64,000 nt of DNA from the human T2T-CHM13v2.0 reference genome, Homo sapiens. The position numbers and the translations under genes were made by a program. This document shows, piece after piece, positions 45,201-59,690 of this stretch. How positions within the stretch are numbered: position 1 is the first letter of the stretch; every line of letters starts with the position of its first letter. The notes under the pieces were generated by a model, which was given only the letters and a program-made list of their open reading frames with translations, was not told where the DNA came from and did not search any database. The stretch is taken from NCBI RefSeq assembly GCF_009914755.1, contig NC_060940.1. One strand, written 5' to 3'.

Positions 45201-48200
45201 ATTCCATTCGATGATTCCGTTTGATTCCATTCGATGATTCCCTTCGATTCCTTTCTTTGATGATTCCATTCCATTCCATTCAATGATTCCATTCGAATCT
45301 ATTCCATGATGATTCCTTTCGATTCCATTCGCTGATGTTTCCGTTCAATTCCATTCGATGATGATTCCATTCGATTCCATTCATTGAGGATTCCATTTGA
45401 TTCCATTCAATGATGATTCCGTTCTATTCCATTCAATGATTGCATTCAATTCCATTCAATGATTATCCCATTAGAGTAAACTCAACGATTCCATTCAATA
45501 CCATTCGATGATGATTCCTTTTGAGTCCATTCAATGATTTCATTCAAGTCCATTTGATGATTCCTTTCAATTCCATTCTATGATGATTCCATTCGAGTCC
45601 ATTCGATGATTCCATTCGATTGCATTCGATGATTCCATTATATTCCATTCAACGATGATTCCATTCGAGTCCATTCGATGATTCCATTAGAGTACATTTA
45701 ATGATTGCTTTGTTTTCAATTCGAAGATGATTACATTGGATTCCATTCTATGATACCATTCGATTCGATTCAATGATGATTCCACTCAAATCCATTGGAT
45801 GATTCCATTCGTGTCCATTCGGTGATTTCATTAGATTCCATTCGAGGATGATTCCATTCGATTCCATTCGATGATTCCATTCAATTCCATTCGAGGATGA
45901 TTCCATTCCAGTCCATATGATCATTCCATTTGATTTCATTCGATGATGATTCCATTCGATTCCATTCGATGATTCCATTCTATTCCATTCGATGATGATT
46001 CCATTCGAGTCCATTCGATGATTCCATTCGAGTCCATTTAATGATTCCATTGGGTTCAATTCAATGACGATTACATTGGATTCCGTTCTATGATTCCATT
46101 CAATTCCGTTCATTGACAATTTGATTCCATTCGATGATGATTCCATTTGAGTTCATTCGATGATTCTATTCGATTCTCTTCGATGGTGATTCAATTCTAT
46201 TATATTGGATGATTCCATTCGATTCCATTTGATGTTGATTCAATTCGATTCTATTCGATGATGATTCCATTGGATTTCACTTGATGATTCTATTCGATTC
46301 CATTCAATGATGATTCACTTCTCGTCCATTGGATGATTCCATTTCATTCCATTCGATGATGATTCCATTCGATTCCATTCGATGATTCCATTCGATTCCA
46401 TGCGACGGTGAGCAATTCGATTCAATTCCATGATGATTCTGTTTGATTCAATTAGATGATGTTTCCATTCGAATCCATTCCATGATTATTCCATTGGAAT
46501 CCATTTGGCGATGCTTCCATATGAGTCAATTCAATGATGATTCCATATGGGTCCGTTCGATGATAATTCCATTTGATTTCATTCGATGCTTCTATTCAAT
46601 TCCAGTCGATGATGATTCCGTTGGAGTCCATACGATGATTCCATTTGATTTCATTTGATGATGATTCCATTCGATGATGATTACATTGGATTCCATTCTA
46701 TGATTCCATTCAATTCCATTCGTTGATGATTCGATTCCATTCAATGATGATTCCATTTGAGTTCATTCGATGATTCTATTCGATTCCGTTCGATGGTGAT
46801 TCAATTCTATTATATTGGATGATTCCACTCGATTCCATTTGATGATTATTCCATTGGAGTCCACTTAGTGAATCCTTTAGATTCTACTCGAAGATGATTC
46901 CATTCGAGTCCATTCGATGATACCATTCAATTCCATTCGTTGATGCTTCCATTAAAGTGCATTCGATGATATCATTCGATTCCATTTGATGATAATTCCA
47001 TTTGATTCCACGCGATGATTCTATTCGATTCCATTCAATGATAATTCCATTCAATTCAGTGATTCCACTGGACTCCATTTGATGATGATTCCATTCAATG
47101 ATTCCATTCGATTCTATTCGAAAATGATACCATTTGAATCCATTTGATGATGATTCCATTAGATTCCATTTGATGATTCCATTCGATTCCATTTGACGAT
47201 GATTCCATTCGATTCCATTTGATGATTCCATTCTATTCTATTTGATGATGATTCCATTCGATTCCATTTGATGATGATTGGATTCGATTCCATTTGATGA
47301 TTTCATTTGATTCCATTCGTTAATGATATCGATCAATTCCATTCGATGATTCCATTCGATTTCATTCGATAATGATTACATCCGGGTCCATTCGATGATT
47401 CCATTTCAGCCTGTTCGATAATTCCATTTGAGTCCAACCAATGATTCCATTCATTTCCATTCAATGATTCAATTCGAGTCCATTTGATCATTCCGGTAGG
47501 GTCCATTCGATGTTGATTCCATTGGAGTGCATTCGATGATTCCATTCGAGTCCATTTTATGATTTGATTCGAGTCCTTTCGATGATTCCATTCGATTCCA
47601 CTCGATGATGATTTCATTCGAGTCCATTCGACACTTCCAATCGATTCCATTTGATGTTTCCATTCGAGTCCAATTGATGATTCCATTCAATTCCATTCGA
47701 TGATGATTCCGTACGATTCCATTCTGTGATGATTCCATGTGATTGCATTCAATGATGATTCCTTTCGATTGCATTCGATTATGATTCATTTCGTGTTCAT
47801 TCTATGGTTCCACAGGTTTCCATTCGATGACGTTTCCGTTCGTGTCCATTCCATTATTCCATTCTATTTCATTTGATGATGATTCCATTCGATTCCATTC
47901 ATTGGTGATTCCACTCAATTCCATTCAATGATTCCATTCCATTTCTTTCAACAATGATTCCATTAGTTTCTATTCGATGATCCACTTGATTCCATTTGGC
48001 GATGATTCCATTCGTGTCCATTCGATGATTCCATTTGATTCCATATGATGATGATTCCATTCGATTCCATACCATGATGATTCCATTCGAGTCCATTCAA
48101 TGGTGATTCCATTCAATTCCATTCGATGATTCCTTCCGATTCCATTCGATGATGATTGCATTCGATTCCTTTCAATCGTTCCCTTTGATTCCATTCAAAG

Positions 48201-50355
48201 GTGATTTCATTCAAGTCCATTCGATAATTGCATTCGATTCCATTCTATGATGATTCCATTCGAGTCCATTTGATGATTCCATTCAATTCAAGTCAATGAT
48301 GATTCCATTCGATTCCACTCGATGATTCCATTGGATTCCATTCGATGATGATTCCATTCAAATCCATTCGATAATTCAATTCAAGTCCATTCGATGATGA
48401 TTCCAATCGAATCCATTCAAAGATTACATTCAATTCCATTCGATGATGATTCCCTTAGATTCCATTTGATGATTCCACTTGATTCCATTTACGATGATTC
48501 CATTCGATTCCATGTGATGAATCCATTCAATTCTATTCAATGATGTTTCCATTTGATTCCATTGGACCATGATTGCCTTTGATTCCATTCAATGATTACA
48601 TTCGGTTCCTTTTGAGGATGATTCCGTTCGATTCCATTTGATGATTCCATTTGATTCCATTGGATGAGTCCATTCCATTACATTCGATGATTAATCCATT
48701 CGAGTGCATTAGATGATTGCATTCGAGTCCATTCGATGATTCCATTCGATTCCATTCGATGTTGATTCTGTTCAAATCCATTCGATGATTCCACTCGATT
48801 CCATTCGATGACTCCATTTGATCCCATTCGATGATTTCCTGTGATTCCCTTTGATGATCATTCTATTTGATTCAATTCGGTGATTTCATTTGATTCCATT
48901 CAGTGATGTTTCCATTCGACTGTATTCCATGATGATTCCATTCGACTCCATTCGATTATGACTTCATTCAATTCCATTCAATAATGATTCCCTTCGAGTC
49001 CATTCGATGATTCCATTCGATTCCATTCAACGATGATTTGATTCGTGTCCATTCGATGATTCCATTTGATTCCACTTGATGATGATTCCATTCGAGTCCA
49101 TTTGATGATTCCATTCAATTCCATTCTCCGATGATTTCTTTTGAGCCCATTCAATGCTTCCACTCGATTCCATATGATGATGACTCCATTCGATGAAATT
49201 CGATGATGATTCCATTCGCTTGCGTTCAATGATGATTCCACTTGAGTCCGTTAGAAGATTCTATTCAAATACATTCCATGACGATTCCGTTCGAGTCCAT
49301 TTGATGATTCCATTAGACTCCATTCGACGATGATTCCATTCGATGTTATTCGATGATTCCATTCGATCTCATTCGATGATGATTCCATTCAACTCCATTC
49401 GATGTTTCCATTCGAGTTCATTCTATTATTCCATTAGATTCCATTCGATGATGATTCCATTCGATTCCATTTGATGATTGCGTTCTATTTCATTTGATGA
49501 TGATTCCATTCGAGTCCACTCGATGATTCCATTCGAGTCCATTTAATGAATCCATTGGTTTCAATTCTATGATGATTACATTGGATTCCATTCGTTGATG
49601 ATTTCATTCGGTTCCATTCAATGATGATTCCATTCAATTCCTTTCAATGTTTCCATTCAATTCCATACGATGATGATTCCATTTGATTTGATTCGACAGT
49701 GAGCCATTCGATTCAATTCCATGATGATTCTATTTGATTCAATTGGTTGACATTTCCATTCGATTCCATTCGATGATGATTCCCTTTGATTCCATTCAAA
49801 GATGATTCCATTCTAGGCCATTCAATCATTCCATTCGATTCTATTCAATGATGATTCCATTCATGTCGATTTGGTGATTCCATTTGACTTCATTTGATGA
49901 TGATTCCTTTCAAGTTCATTAGATGATTCCATTCGATTCCATTTGATGATGATCCCATTCGAGTCCATTTGATGATTCCATTCGTTTCCATTCCATTATG
50001 ATTCCATTCCATTCCATTCAATGATTCCATTCGATTCCGTTTGGTGATGATTTCATTCGAGTCCATTTGATGATTCCATTTGATTCCATTCGATGATGAT
50101 TCCATTCGAGTCCATTCGATGATTCTATTCGAATCCATTTGATGATTTCTTTTGAGTATAGTTGGAGATGATTCCATTGGAGTCCATTCAATGATTCCAT
50201 TCGATTCCAATCGATGGTGATTCCATTAGAGTCCATTTAATGATTCCATTTGATTCCAGTCTCTGATGATTACATTCGAGTCCATACGATGATTCCACTC
50301 AATTCCATATGATGATGATTCCATTCGATTCCATTCGATGATTCCATTCTATTCT
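39221..50355 (+). repeat. Full-length ~6.11-6.13 kb units (one complete, one ~5 kb partial), more diverged from each other than the pair at 1-12 kb
   Basis: Offsets 39637/45748 = 6111, 41771/47899 = 6128, 43759/49890 = 6131. All sub-blocks of the 1-6109 unit are present in order, with more private substitutions and small indels. Confidence 0.9.
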
Positions 50356-53300
50356 AATCGATGATGATTCCATTCGATTCCATTCGATGATGATTGGATT
50401 CGATTCCATTTGATGATTTCATTTCATTCCATTCGTTAATGATTTCGTTCAACTCCATTCGATGATTCCATTTGATTCCATTCGATAATGATTACATCTG
50501 AGTCCATTCGATGATTCCATTTGAGCCCGTTCGATAATTCCATTTGAGTCCAATCAATGATTCCATTCATTTCCATTCAATGATTCCATTCGAGTCCATT
50601 TGATCATTCTGGTAGGGTCCGTTCGATGTTGATTCCATTGGAGTGCATTCGATGATTCCATTCGAGTCCATTTTAGGATTTGATTCGAGTCCTTTCGATG
50701 ATTCCATTCGATTCCACTCGATGATGATTTCATTCGAGTCCATTCAACACTTCCAATCGATTCCATTTGATGTTTCCATTCGAGTCCAATTGATGATTCA
50801 ATTCCATTCGATGATGATTCCGTATGATTCCATTCTGTGATGATTCCTTGTGATTGCATTCAATGATGATTCCTTTCGATTGCATTCGATTGTGATTCAT
50901 TTCGTGTTCATTCTATGGTTCCACAGGTTTCCATTCGTGTCCATTCCATTATTCCATTCTATTCCATTTCATGATGATTCCATTCGATTCCATTCATTGG
51001 TGATTCCACTCAATTCCATTCAATGATTCCATTCCATTTCTTTCAACAATGATTCCATTAGTTTCTAATCGATGATCCACTTGATTCCATTTGATGACGA
51101 TTCCATTCTTGTCCATTCGATGATTCCATTTGATTCCATATGATGATGATTCCATTCGATTCCATACGATGATGATTCCATTCGAGTCCATTCAATGGTG
51201 ATTCCATTCAATTCCATTCGATGATTCCTTTTGATTCCATTCGATGATGATGGCATTCGATTCCTTTCAATCATTCCCTTTGATTCCATTCAAAGGTGAT
51301 TTCATTCAAGTCCATTCGATAATTGTATTCGATTCCATTCTATGATGATTCCATTCGAGTCCATTTGATGATTCCATTCAATTCAAGTCAAGGATGATTC
51401 CATTCGATTCCATTCGATGATTCCATTGGATTCCATTCGATGATGATTCCATTCAAATCCATTCGATAATTCAATTCAAGTCCATTCGATGATGATTCCA
51501 ATCGAATCCATTCAGTTCCATTCGATGATTCCCTTAGATTCCATTCGATGATTCCACTTGTTTCCATTTACGATGATTCCATTCGATTCCATGTGATGAT
51601 TCCATTCAATTCTATTCAATGATGTCTCCATTTGATTCCATTCGACCATGATTGCCTTTGCTTCCATTCAATGTTTCCATTCGGTTCCTTTTGATGATAA
51701 TTCCGTTCGATTCCATTTGATGATTCCATTTGATTCCATTGGATGAGTCCATTCAATTACATTCGATGATTATTCCATTTGAGTGCATTAGATGATTCCA
51801 TTCGAGTCCATTCGATGATTCCATTCGATTCCATTCGATGTTGATTCTGTTCAAGTCCATTCGATGATTCCACTGGATTCCATTCGAGGACTCCAGTTGA
51901 TCCCATTCGATGATTTCCTGTGATTCCCTTTGATGATCATTCCATTTGATACAATTCGGTGATTTCATTTGATTCCATTCAGTGATGTTTCCATTCGACT
52001 CCATTCGATGATGATTCCATTCGACTCCATTCGATTATGATTTCATTCAATTCCATTCGATAATGATTCCCTTCGAGTCCATTCGATGATTCCATTCGAT
52101 TCCATTCAACGATGATTTGATTCGTGTCCGTTCGATGATTCCATTTGATTCCACTTGATGACGATTCTATTCGAGTCCATTTGATGATTCCATTCAATTC
52201 CATTCTCCGATGATTTCTTTTGAGCCAACTCAATGCTTCCACTCGATTCCATATGATGATGACTCCATTCGATGAAATTCGATGATGATTCCATTCGCTT
52301 GCTTTCGATGATGATTCCACTTGAGTCCGTTAGAAGATTCTATTCAATTACATTCCATGACGATTCCGTTCGAGTCCATTTGATGATTCCATTAGACTCC
52401 ATTCGACGATGATTCCATTCGATGTTATTCGATGATTCCATTCGATCTCATTCGATGATGATTCCATTCAACTCCATTCGATGTTTCCATTCGAGTTCAT
52501 TCTATTATTCCATTAGATTCCATTCGATGATGATTCCATTCGATTCCGTTTGATGATTGCATTCTATTTCATTTGATGATGATTCCATTCGAGTCCACTC
52601 GATGATTCCATTCAAGTCCATTTAATGAATCCATTGGTTTCAATTCTATGATGATTACATTGGATTCCATTCGTTGATGATTTCATTCGGTTCCATTCAA
52701 TGATGATTCCATTCAATTCCTTTCAATGTTTCCATTCAATTCCATACGATGATGATTCCATTTGATTTGATTCGACAGTGAGCCATTCGATTCAATTCCA
52801 TGATGATTCTATTTGATTCAATTGGTTGACATTTCCATTCGATTCCATTCGATGATGATTCCCTTTGATTCCATTCAAAGATGATTCCATTCTAGCCCAT
52901 TCAATCATTCCATTCGATTCTATTCAATGATGATTCCATTCATGTCGATTTGGTGATTCCATTTGACTTCATTTGATGATGATTCCTTTCAAGTTCATTA
53001 GATGATTCCATTCCATTCCATTTGATGATGATTCCATTCCATTCCATTCAATGATTCCATTCGATTCCGTTTGATGATGATTTCATTCGAGTCCATTTGA
53101 TGATTCCATTTGATTCCATTCGATGATGATTCCATTCGAGTACATTTGATGATTCTATTCGAATCCATTTGATGATTACTTTTGATTATATTTGGTGATG
53201 ATTCCATTGGAGTCCATTCAATGATTCCATTCGATTCCAATCGACGATGATTCCATTAGAGTCCATTTAATGATTCCATTTGATTCCAGTCTCTGATGAT

Positions 53301-56300
53301 TACATTCGAGTCCATACGATGATTCCACTCAATTCCATATGATGATGATTCCATTCGATTCCATTCGATGTTTCCATTCTATTCTATTCAATGGTGATTC
53401 CATTCGAGTACATTAGATGATTCCATTCGATTCCATTCAATGATGATTCTATTTGTGTCCCTTAGATGGTTCCACATGATTCCATTACATGATGATACTA
53501 TTTGAGCCCATCCAATGATTCCCTTCGATTCCATTCTATGATGATTCCATTCGAGTCCATTTGATGATTCCATTCAATTCAAGTCAATGATGATTCCATT
53601 CGATTCCATTCGATGATTCCATTGGATTCCATTCGATGATGATTCCATTCAAATCCATTCGATAATTCAATTCAAGTCCATTCGATGATGATTCCAATCG
53701 AATCCATTCAAAGTTTCCATTCAGTTCCATTCGATGATAACCTTAGATTCCATTCGATGATTCCACTTGTTTCCATTTACGATGATTCCATTCGATTCCA
53801 TGTGATGATTCCATTCAATTCTATTCAATGATGTCTCCATTTGATTCCATTCGACCATGATTGCCTTTGCTACCATTCAATGTTTCCATTCGGTTCCTTT
53901 TGATGATAATTCCGTTCGATTCCATTTGATGATTCCATTTGATTCCATTGGATGAGTCCATTCGATTACATTCGATGATTATTCCATTTGAGTGCATTAG
54001 ATGATTCCATTCGAGTCCATTCGATGATTCCATTCGATTCCATTCGATGTTTATTCTGTTCAAGTCCATTCGATGATTCCACTGGATTCCATTCGAGGAC
54101 TCCAGTTGATCCCATTCGATGATTTCCTTTGATACCCTTTGATGATCATTCCATTTGATACAATTCGGTGATTTCATTTGATTCCATTCAGTGATGTTTC
54201 CATTCGACTCCATTCGATGATGATTCCATTCGACTCCATTCGATTATGATTTCATTCAATTCCATTCGATAATGATTCCCTTCGAGTCCATTCGATGATT
54301 CCATTCGATTCCATTCAACGATGATTTGATTCGTGTCCGTTCGATGATTCCATTTGATTCCACTTGATGATGATTCCATTCGAGTCCATTTGATGATTCC
54401 ATTCAATACCATTCTCCGATGATTTCTTTTGAGCCCACTCAATGCTTCCACTCGATTCCATATGATGATGACTCCATTCGATGAAATTCGATGATGATTC
54501 CATTCGCTTGCGTTCGATGATGATTCCACTTGAGTCCGTTAGAAGATTCTATTCAATTACATTCCATGACGATTCCGTTCGAGTCCATTTGATGATTCCA
54601 TTAGACTCCATTCGACGATGATTCCATTCGATGTTATTCGATGATTCCATTGGATCTCATTCGATGATGATTCCATTCAACTCCATTCGATGTTTCCATT
54701 CGAGTTCATTCTATTATTCCATTAGATTCCATTCGATGATGATTCCATTCGATTCCGTTTGATGATTGCATTCTATTTCATTTGATGATGATTCCATTCG
54801 AGTCCACTCAATGACTCCATTCGAGTCCATTTAATGAATCCATTGGTTTCAATTCTATGATGATTACATTGGATTCCATTCGTTGATGATTTCATTCGGT
54901 TCCATTCAATGATGATTCCATTCAATTCCTTTCAATGTTTCCATTCAATTCCATACGATGATGATTCCATTTGATTTGATTCGACAGTGAGCCATTCGAT
55001 TCAATTCCATGATGATTCTATTTGATTCAATTGGTTGACATTTCCATTCGATTCCATTCGATGATGATTCCCTTTGATTCCATTCAAAGATGATTCCATT
55101 CTAGCCCATTCAATCATTCCATTCGATTCTATTCAATGATGATTCCATTCATGTCGATTTGGTGATTCCATTTGACTTCATTTGATGATGATTCCTTTCA
55201 AGTTCATTAGATGATTCCATTCGATTCCATTTGATGATGATTCCATTCCATTCCATTCAATGATTCCATTCGATTCCGTTTGATGATGATTTCATTCGAG
55301 TCCATTTGATGATTCCATTTGATTCCATTCGATGATGATTCCATTCGAGTCCATTTGATGATTCCATTTGATTCCATTTGATTATGATTCTACTAGAGTC
55401 CATTCAATGACTCCATTCGAATCCATTCAACAATTCCATTCGAGTCCATTCGATGATTCCATTTCATGATTCCATTCGAGTCCATTTAATCATTACAGTC
55501 AAGTCCGTTTGGTGATTCCACTGGATTTCTTTTGAAAATGATACCATTCAATTACATTTGATGATGATCCCATTCAATTTCATTTGATGGTGATTCCATT
55601 AGAGTCCATTCGATGATTTCATTCGAGTCCCTTCTTTGATTCCATCCGATTTCATTTGATGATGACTCCTTTCGAGTTCATTCGATGATTCCACTCGATT
55701 CCATTAGATGATTCCATTGGAGTCCATTTCATTGTTCCATTCGATTCCATTCGATTCCTTTCAAAGATTATTCCATTTGAGTCCATTCGATGATGATTCC
55801 ATTCCATTCCATTCGATGATTCCGTTTGATTCCATTTGATGATTCCCTTCGATTCCTTTCTTTGATGATTCCATTCCATTCCATTCAATGATTCCATTCG
55901 AATCTATTCCATGATGATTCCTCGCGATTCCATTCGCTGATGTTTCCCTTCAATTCCATTCGATGATGATTCCATTCGATTCCATTCATTGAGGATTCCA
56001 TTTGATTCCATTCAATGATGATTCCGTTCTATTCCATTCAATGATTGCATTCAATTCCATTCAATGATTATCCCCTTAGAGTAAACTCAATGATTCCATT
56101 CAATACCATTCGATGATGATTCCTTTTGAGTCCATTCAATGATTTCATTCAAGTCCATTTGATGATTCCTTTCAATTCCATTCTATGATGATTCCATTCG
56201 AGTCCATTCGATGATTCCATTCAATTGCATTCGATGATTCCATTATATTCCAGTCAACGATGATTCCATTCGAGTCCATTCGATGATTCCATTAGAGTAC

Positions 56301-59300
56301 ATTTAATGATTGCTTTGTTTTCAATTCGAAGATGATTACATTGGATTCCATTCTATGATACCATTCGATTCCATTCAATGATGATTCCACTCAAATCCAT
56401 TGGATGATTCCATTCGTGTCCGTTCGGTGATTTCATTAGATTCCATTCGAGGATGATTCCATTCGATTCCATTCGATGATGATTCCATTCCAGTCCATAT
56501 GATCATTCCATTTGATTTCATTCGATGATGATTCCATTCGATTCCATTCGATGATTCCATTCTATTCCATTCGATGATGATTCCATTCGAGTCCATTCGA
56601 TGATTCCATTCGAGTCCATTTAATGATTCCATTGGGTTCAATTCAATGATGATTACATTGGATTCCGTTCTATGATTCCATTCAATTCCGTTCATTGACA
56701 ATTTGATTCCATTCGATGATGATTCCATTTGAGTTCATTCGATGATTCTATTCGATTCTCTTCGATGGTGATTCAATTCTATTATATTGGATGATTCCAT
56801 TCGATTCCATTTGATGTTGATTCAATTCGATTCTATTCGATGATGATTCCATTGGATTTCACTTGATGATTCTATTCGATTCCATTCAATGATGATTCAC
56901 TTCTCGTCCATTGGATGATTCCATTTCATTCCATTCGATGATGATTCCATTCGATTCCATTCGATGATTCCATTTGATTCCATGCGACGGTGAGCAATTC
57001 GATTCAATTCCATGATGATTCTATTTGATTCAATTAGATGATGTTTCCATTCGAATCCATTCCATGATTATTCCATTGGAATCCATTCGGCGATGATTCC
57101 ATATGAGTCAATTCAATGATGATTCCATATGGGTCCGTTCGATGATAATTCCATTTGATTTCATTCGATGCTTCTATTCAATTCCAGTTGATGATGATTC
57201 CGTTGGAGTCCATACGATGATTCCATTTGATTTCATTTGATGATGATTCCATTCGATTCCATTCGATGATGATTACATTGGATTCCATTCTATGATTCCA
57301 TTCAATTCCATTCGTTGATGATTCGATTCCATTCAATGATGATTCCATTTGAGTTCATTCGATGATTCTATTCGATTCCGTTCGATGGTGATTCAATTCT
57401 ATTATATTGGATGATTCCACTCGATTCCATTTGATGATCATTCCATTGGAGTCCACTTAGTGAATCCTTTAGATTCTACCCGAAGATTATTCCATTCGAG
57501 TCCATTCAATGATACCATTCAATTTCATTCGTTGATGCTTCCATTCAATTGCATTCGATGATATCATTCGATTCCATTTGATGATAATTCCATTTGATTC
57601 CATGCGATGATTCTATTCGATTCCATTCAATGATAATTCCATTCAATTCAGTGATTCCTCTGGACTCCATTTGATGATGATTCCATTCAATGATTCCATT
57701 CCATTCTATTCCAAAATGATTCCATTTGAATCCATTTGATGATGATTCCATTAGATTCCATTTGATGATTCTATTCGATTCCATTTGACGATGATTCCAT
57801 TCGATTCCATTTGATGATTCCATTCTATTCTATTCGATGATGATTCCATTCGATTCCATTCGATGATGATTGGATTCGATTCCATTTGATGATTTCATTT
57901 GATTCCGTTCGTTAATGATTTCGATCAACTCCATTCGATGATTCTATTTGATTCCATTCGATAACGATTACATCCGAGTCCATTCGATGATTCCATTTGA
58001 GCCCGTTCGATAATTCCATTTGAGTCCAATCAATCATTCCATTCATTTCCATTCAATGATTCCATTCGAGTCCATTTGATCATTCTGGTAGGGTCCGTTC
58101 GATGTTGATTCCATTGGAGTGCATTCGATGATTCCATTCGAGTCCATTTTATGATTTGATTCGAGTCCTTTCGATGATTCCATTCGATTCCACTCGATGA
58201 TGATTTCATTCGAGTCCATTCGACACTTCCAATCGATTCCATTTGATGTTTCCATTCGAGTCCAATGGATGATTCCATTCAATTCCATTCGATGATGATT
58301 CCCTACGATTCCATTCTGTGATGATTCCATGTGATTGCATTCAATGATGATTCCTTTCGATTGCATTCGATTATGATTCATTTCGTGTTCATTCTATGGT
58401 TCCACAGGTTTCCATTCGATGACGTTTCCGTTCGTGTCCATTCCATTATTCCATTCTATTTCATTTGATGATGATTCCATTCGATTCCATTCATTGGTGA
58501 TTCCACTCAATTCCATTCAATGATTCCATTCCATTTCTTTCAACAATGATTCCATTAGTTTCTATTCGATGATCCACTTGATTCCATTTGGCGATGATTC
58601 CATTCGTGTCCATTCGATGATTCCATTTGATTCCATATGATGATGATTCCATTCGATTCCATACCATGATGATTCCATTCGAGTCCATTCAATGGTGATT
58701 CCATTCAATTCCATTCGATGATTCCTTCCGATTCCATTCGATGATGATGACATTCGATTCCTTTCAATCATTCCCTTTGATTCCATTCAAAAGTGATTTC
58801 ATTCAAGTCCATTCGATAATTGCATTCGATTCCATTCTATGATGATTCCATTCGAGTCCATTTGATGATTCCATTCAATTCAAGTCAATGATGATTCCAT
58901 TCGATTCCACTCGATGATTCCATTGGATTCCATTCGATGATGATTCCATTCAAATCCATTCGATAATTCAATTCAAGTCCATTCGATGATGATTCCAATC
59001 GAATCCATTCAAAGATTCCATTCAATTCCATTCGATGATGATTCCCTTAGATTCCATTCGATGATTCCACTTGATTCCATTTACGATGATTCCATTCGAT
59101 TCCATGTGATGAATCCATTCAATTCTATTCAATGATGTTTCCATTTGATTCCATTGGACCATGATTGCCTTTGATTCCATTCAATGATTCCATTCGGTTC
59201 CATTTGATGATGATTCCGTTCGATTCCATTTCATTATTCCATTTGATTCCATTGGATGAGTCCATTCGATTACATTCGATGATTATTCCATTCGAGTGCA

Positions 59301-59690
59301 TTAGATGACTGCATTCGAGTCCATTCGATGATTCCATTCGATTCCATTCGATGTTGATTCTGTTCAAATCCATTCGATGATTCCACTCGATTCCATTCGA
59401 TGACTCCATTTGATCCCATTCGATGATTTCCTGTGATTCCCTTTGATGATCATTCTATTTGATTCAATTCGGTGATTTCTTATCATTCCATTCAGTGGTG
59501 TTTCCATTCGACTGTATTCGATGATGATTCCATTCGACTCCATTCGATTATGATTTCATTCAATTCCATTCAATAATTATTCCCTTCGAGTCCATTTGAT
59601 GATTCCATTCGATTCCATTCAACAATGATTTGATTCGTTTCCATTCGATGATTCCTTTTGATTCTACTTGATGAAGATTCCATTCGAGTT
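50356..59690 (+). repeat. Rearranged partial units joined at single-copy junctions (~50355, ~53535, ~55345)
   Basis: Landmark spacings shrink to 3095/3079 (47899/50994, 49215/52294) and 2209 (52294/54503). A further ~755-bp skip joins unit position ~2182 to ~2937 near 55345. Confidence 0.88.
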
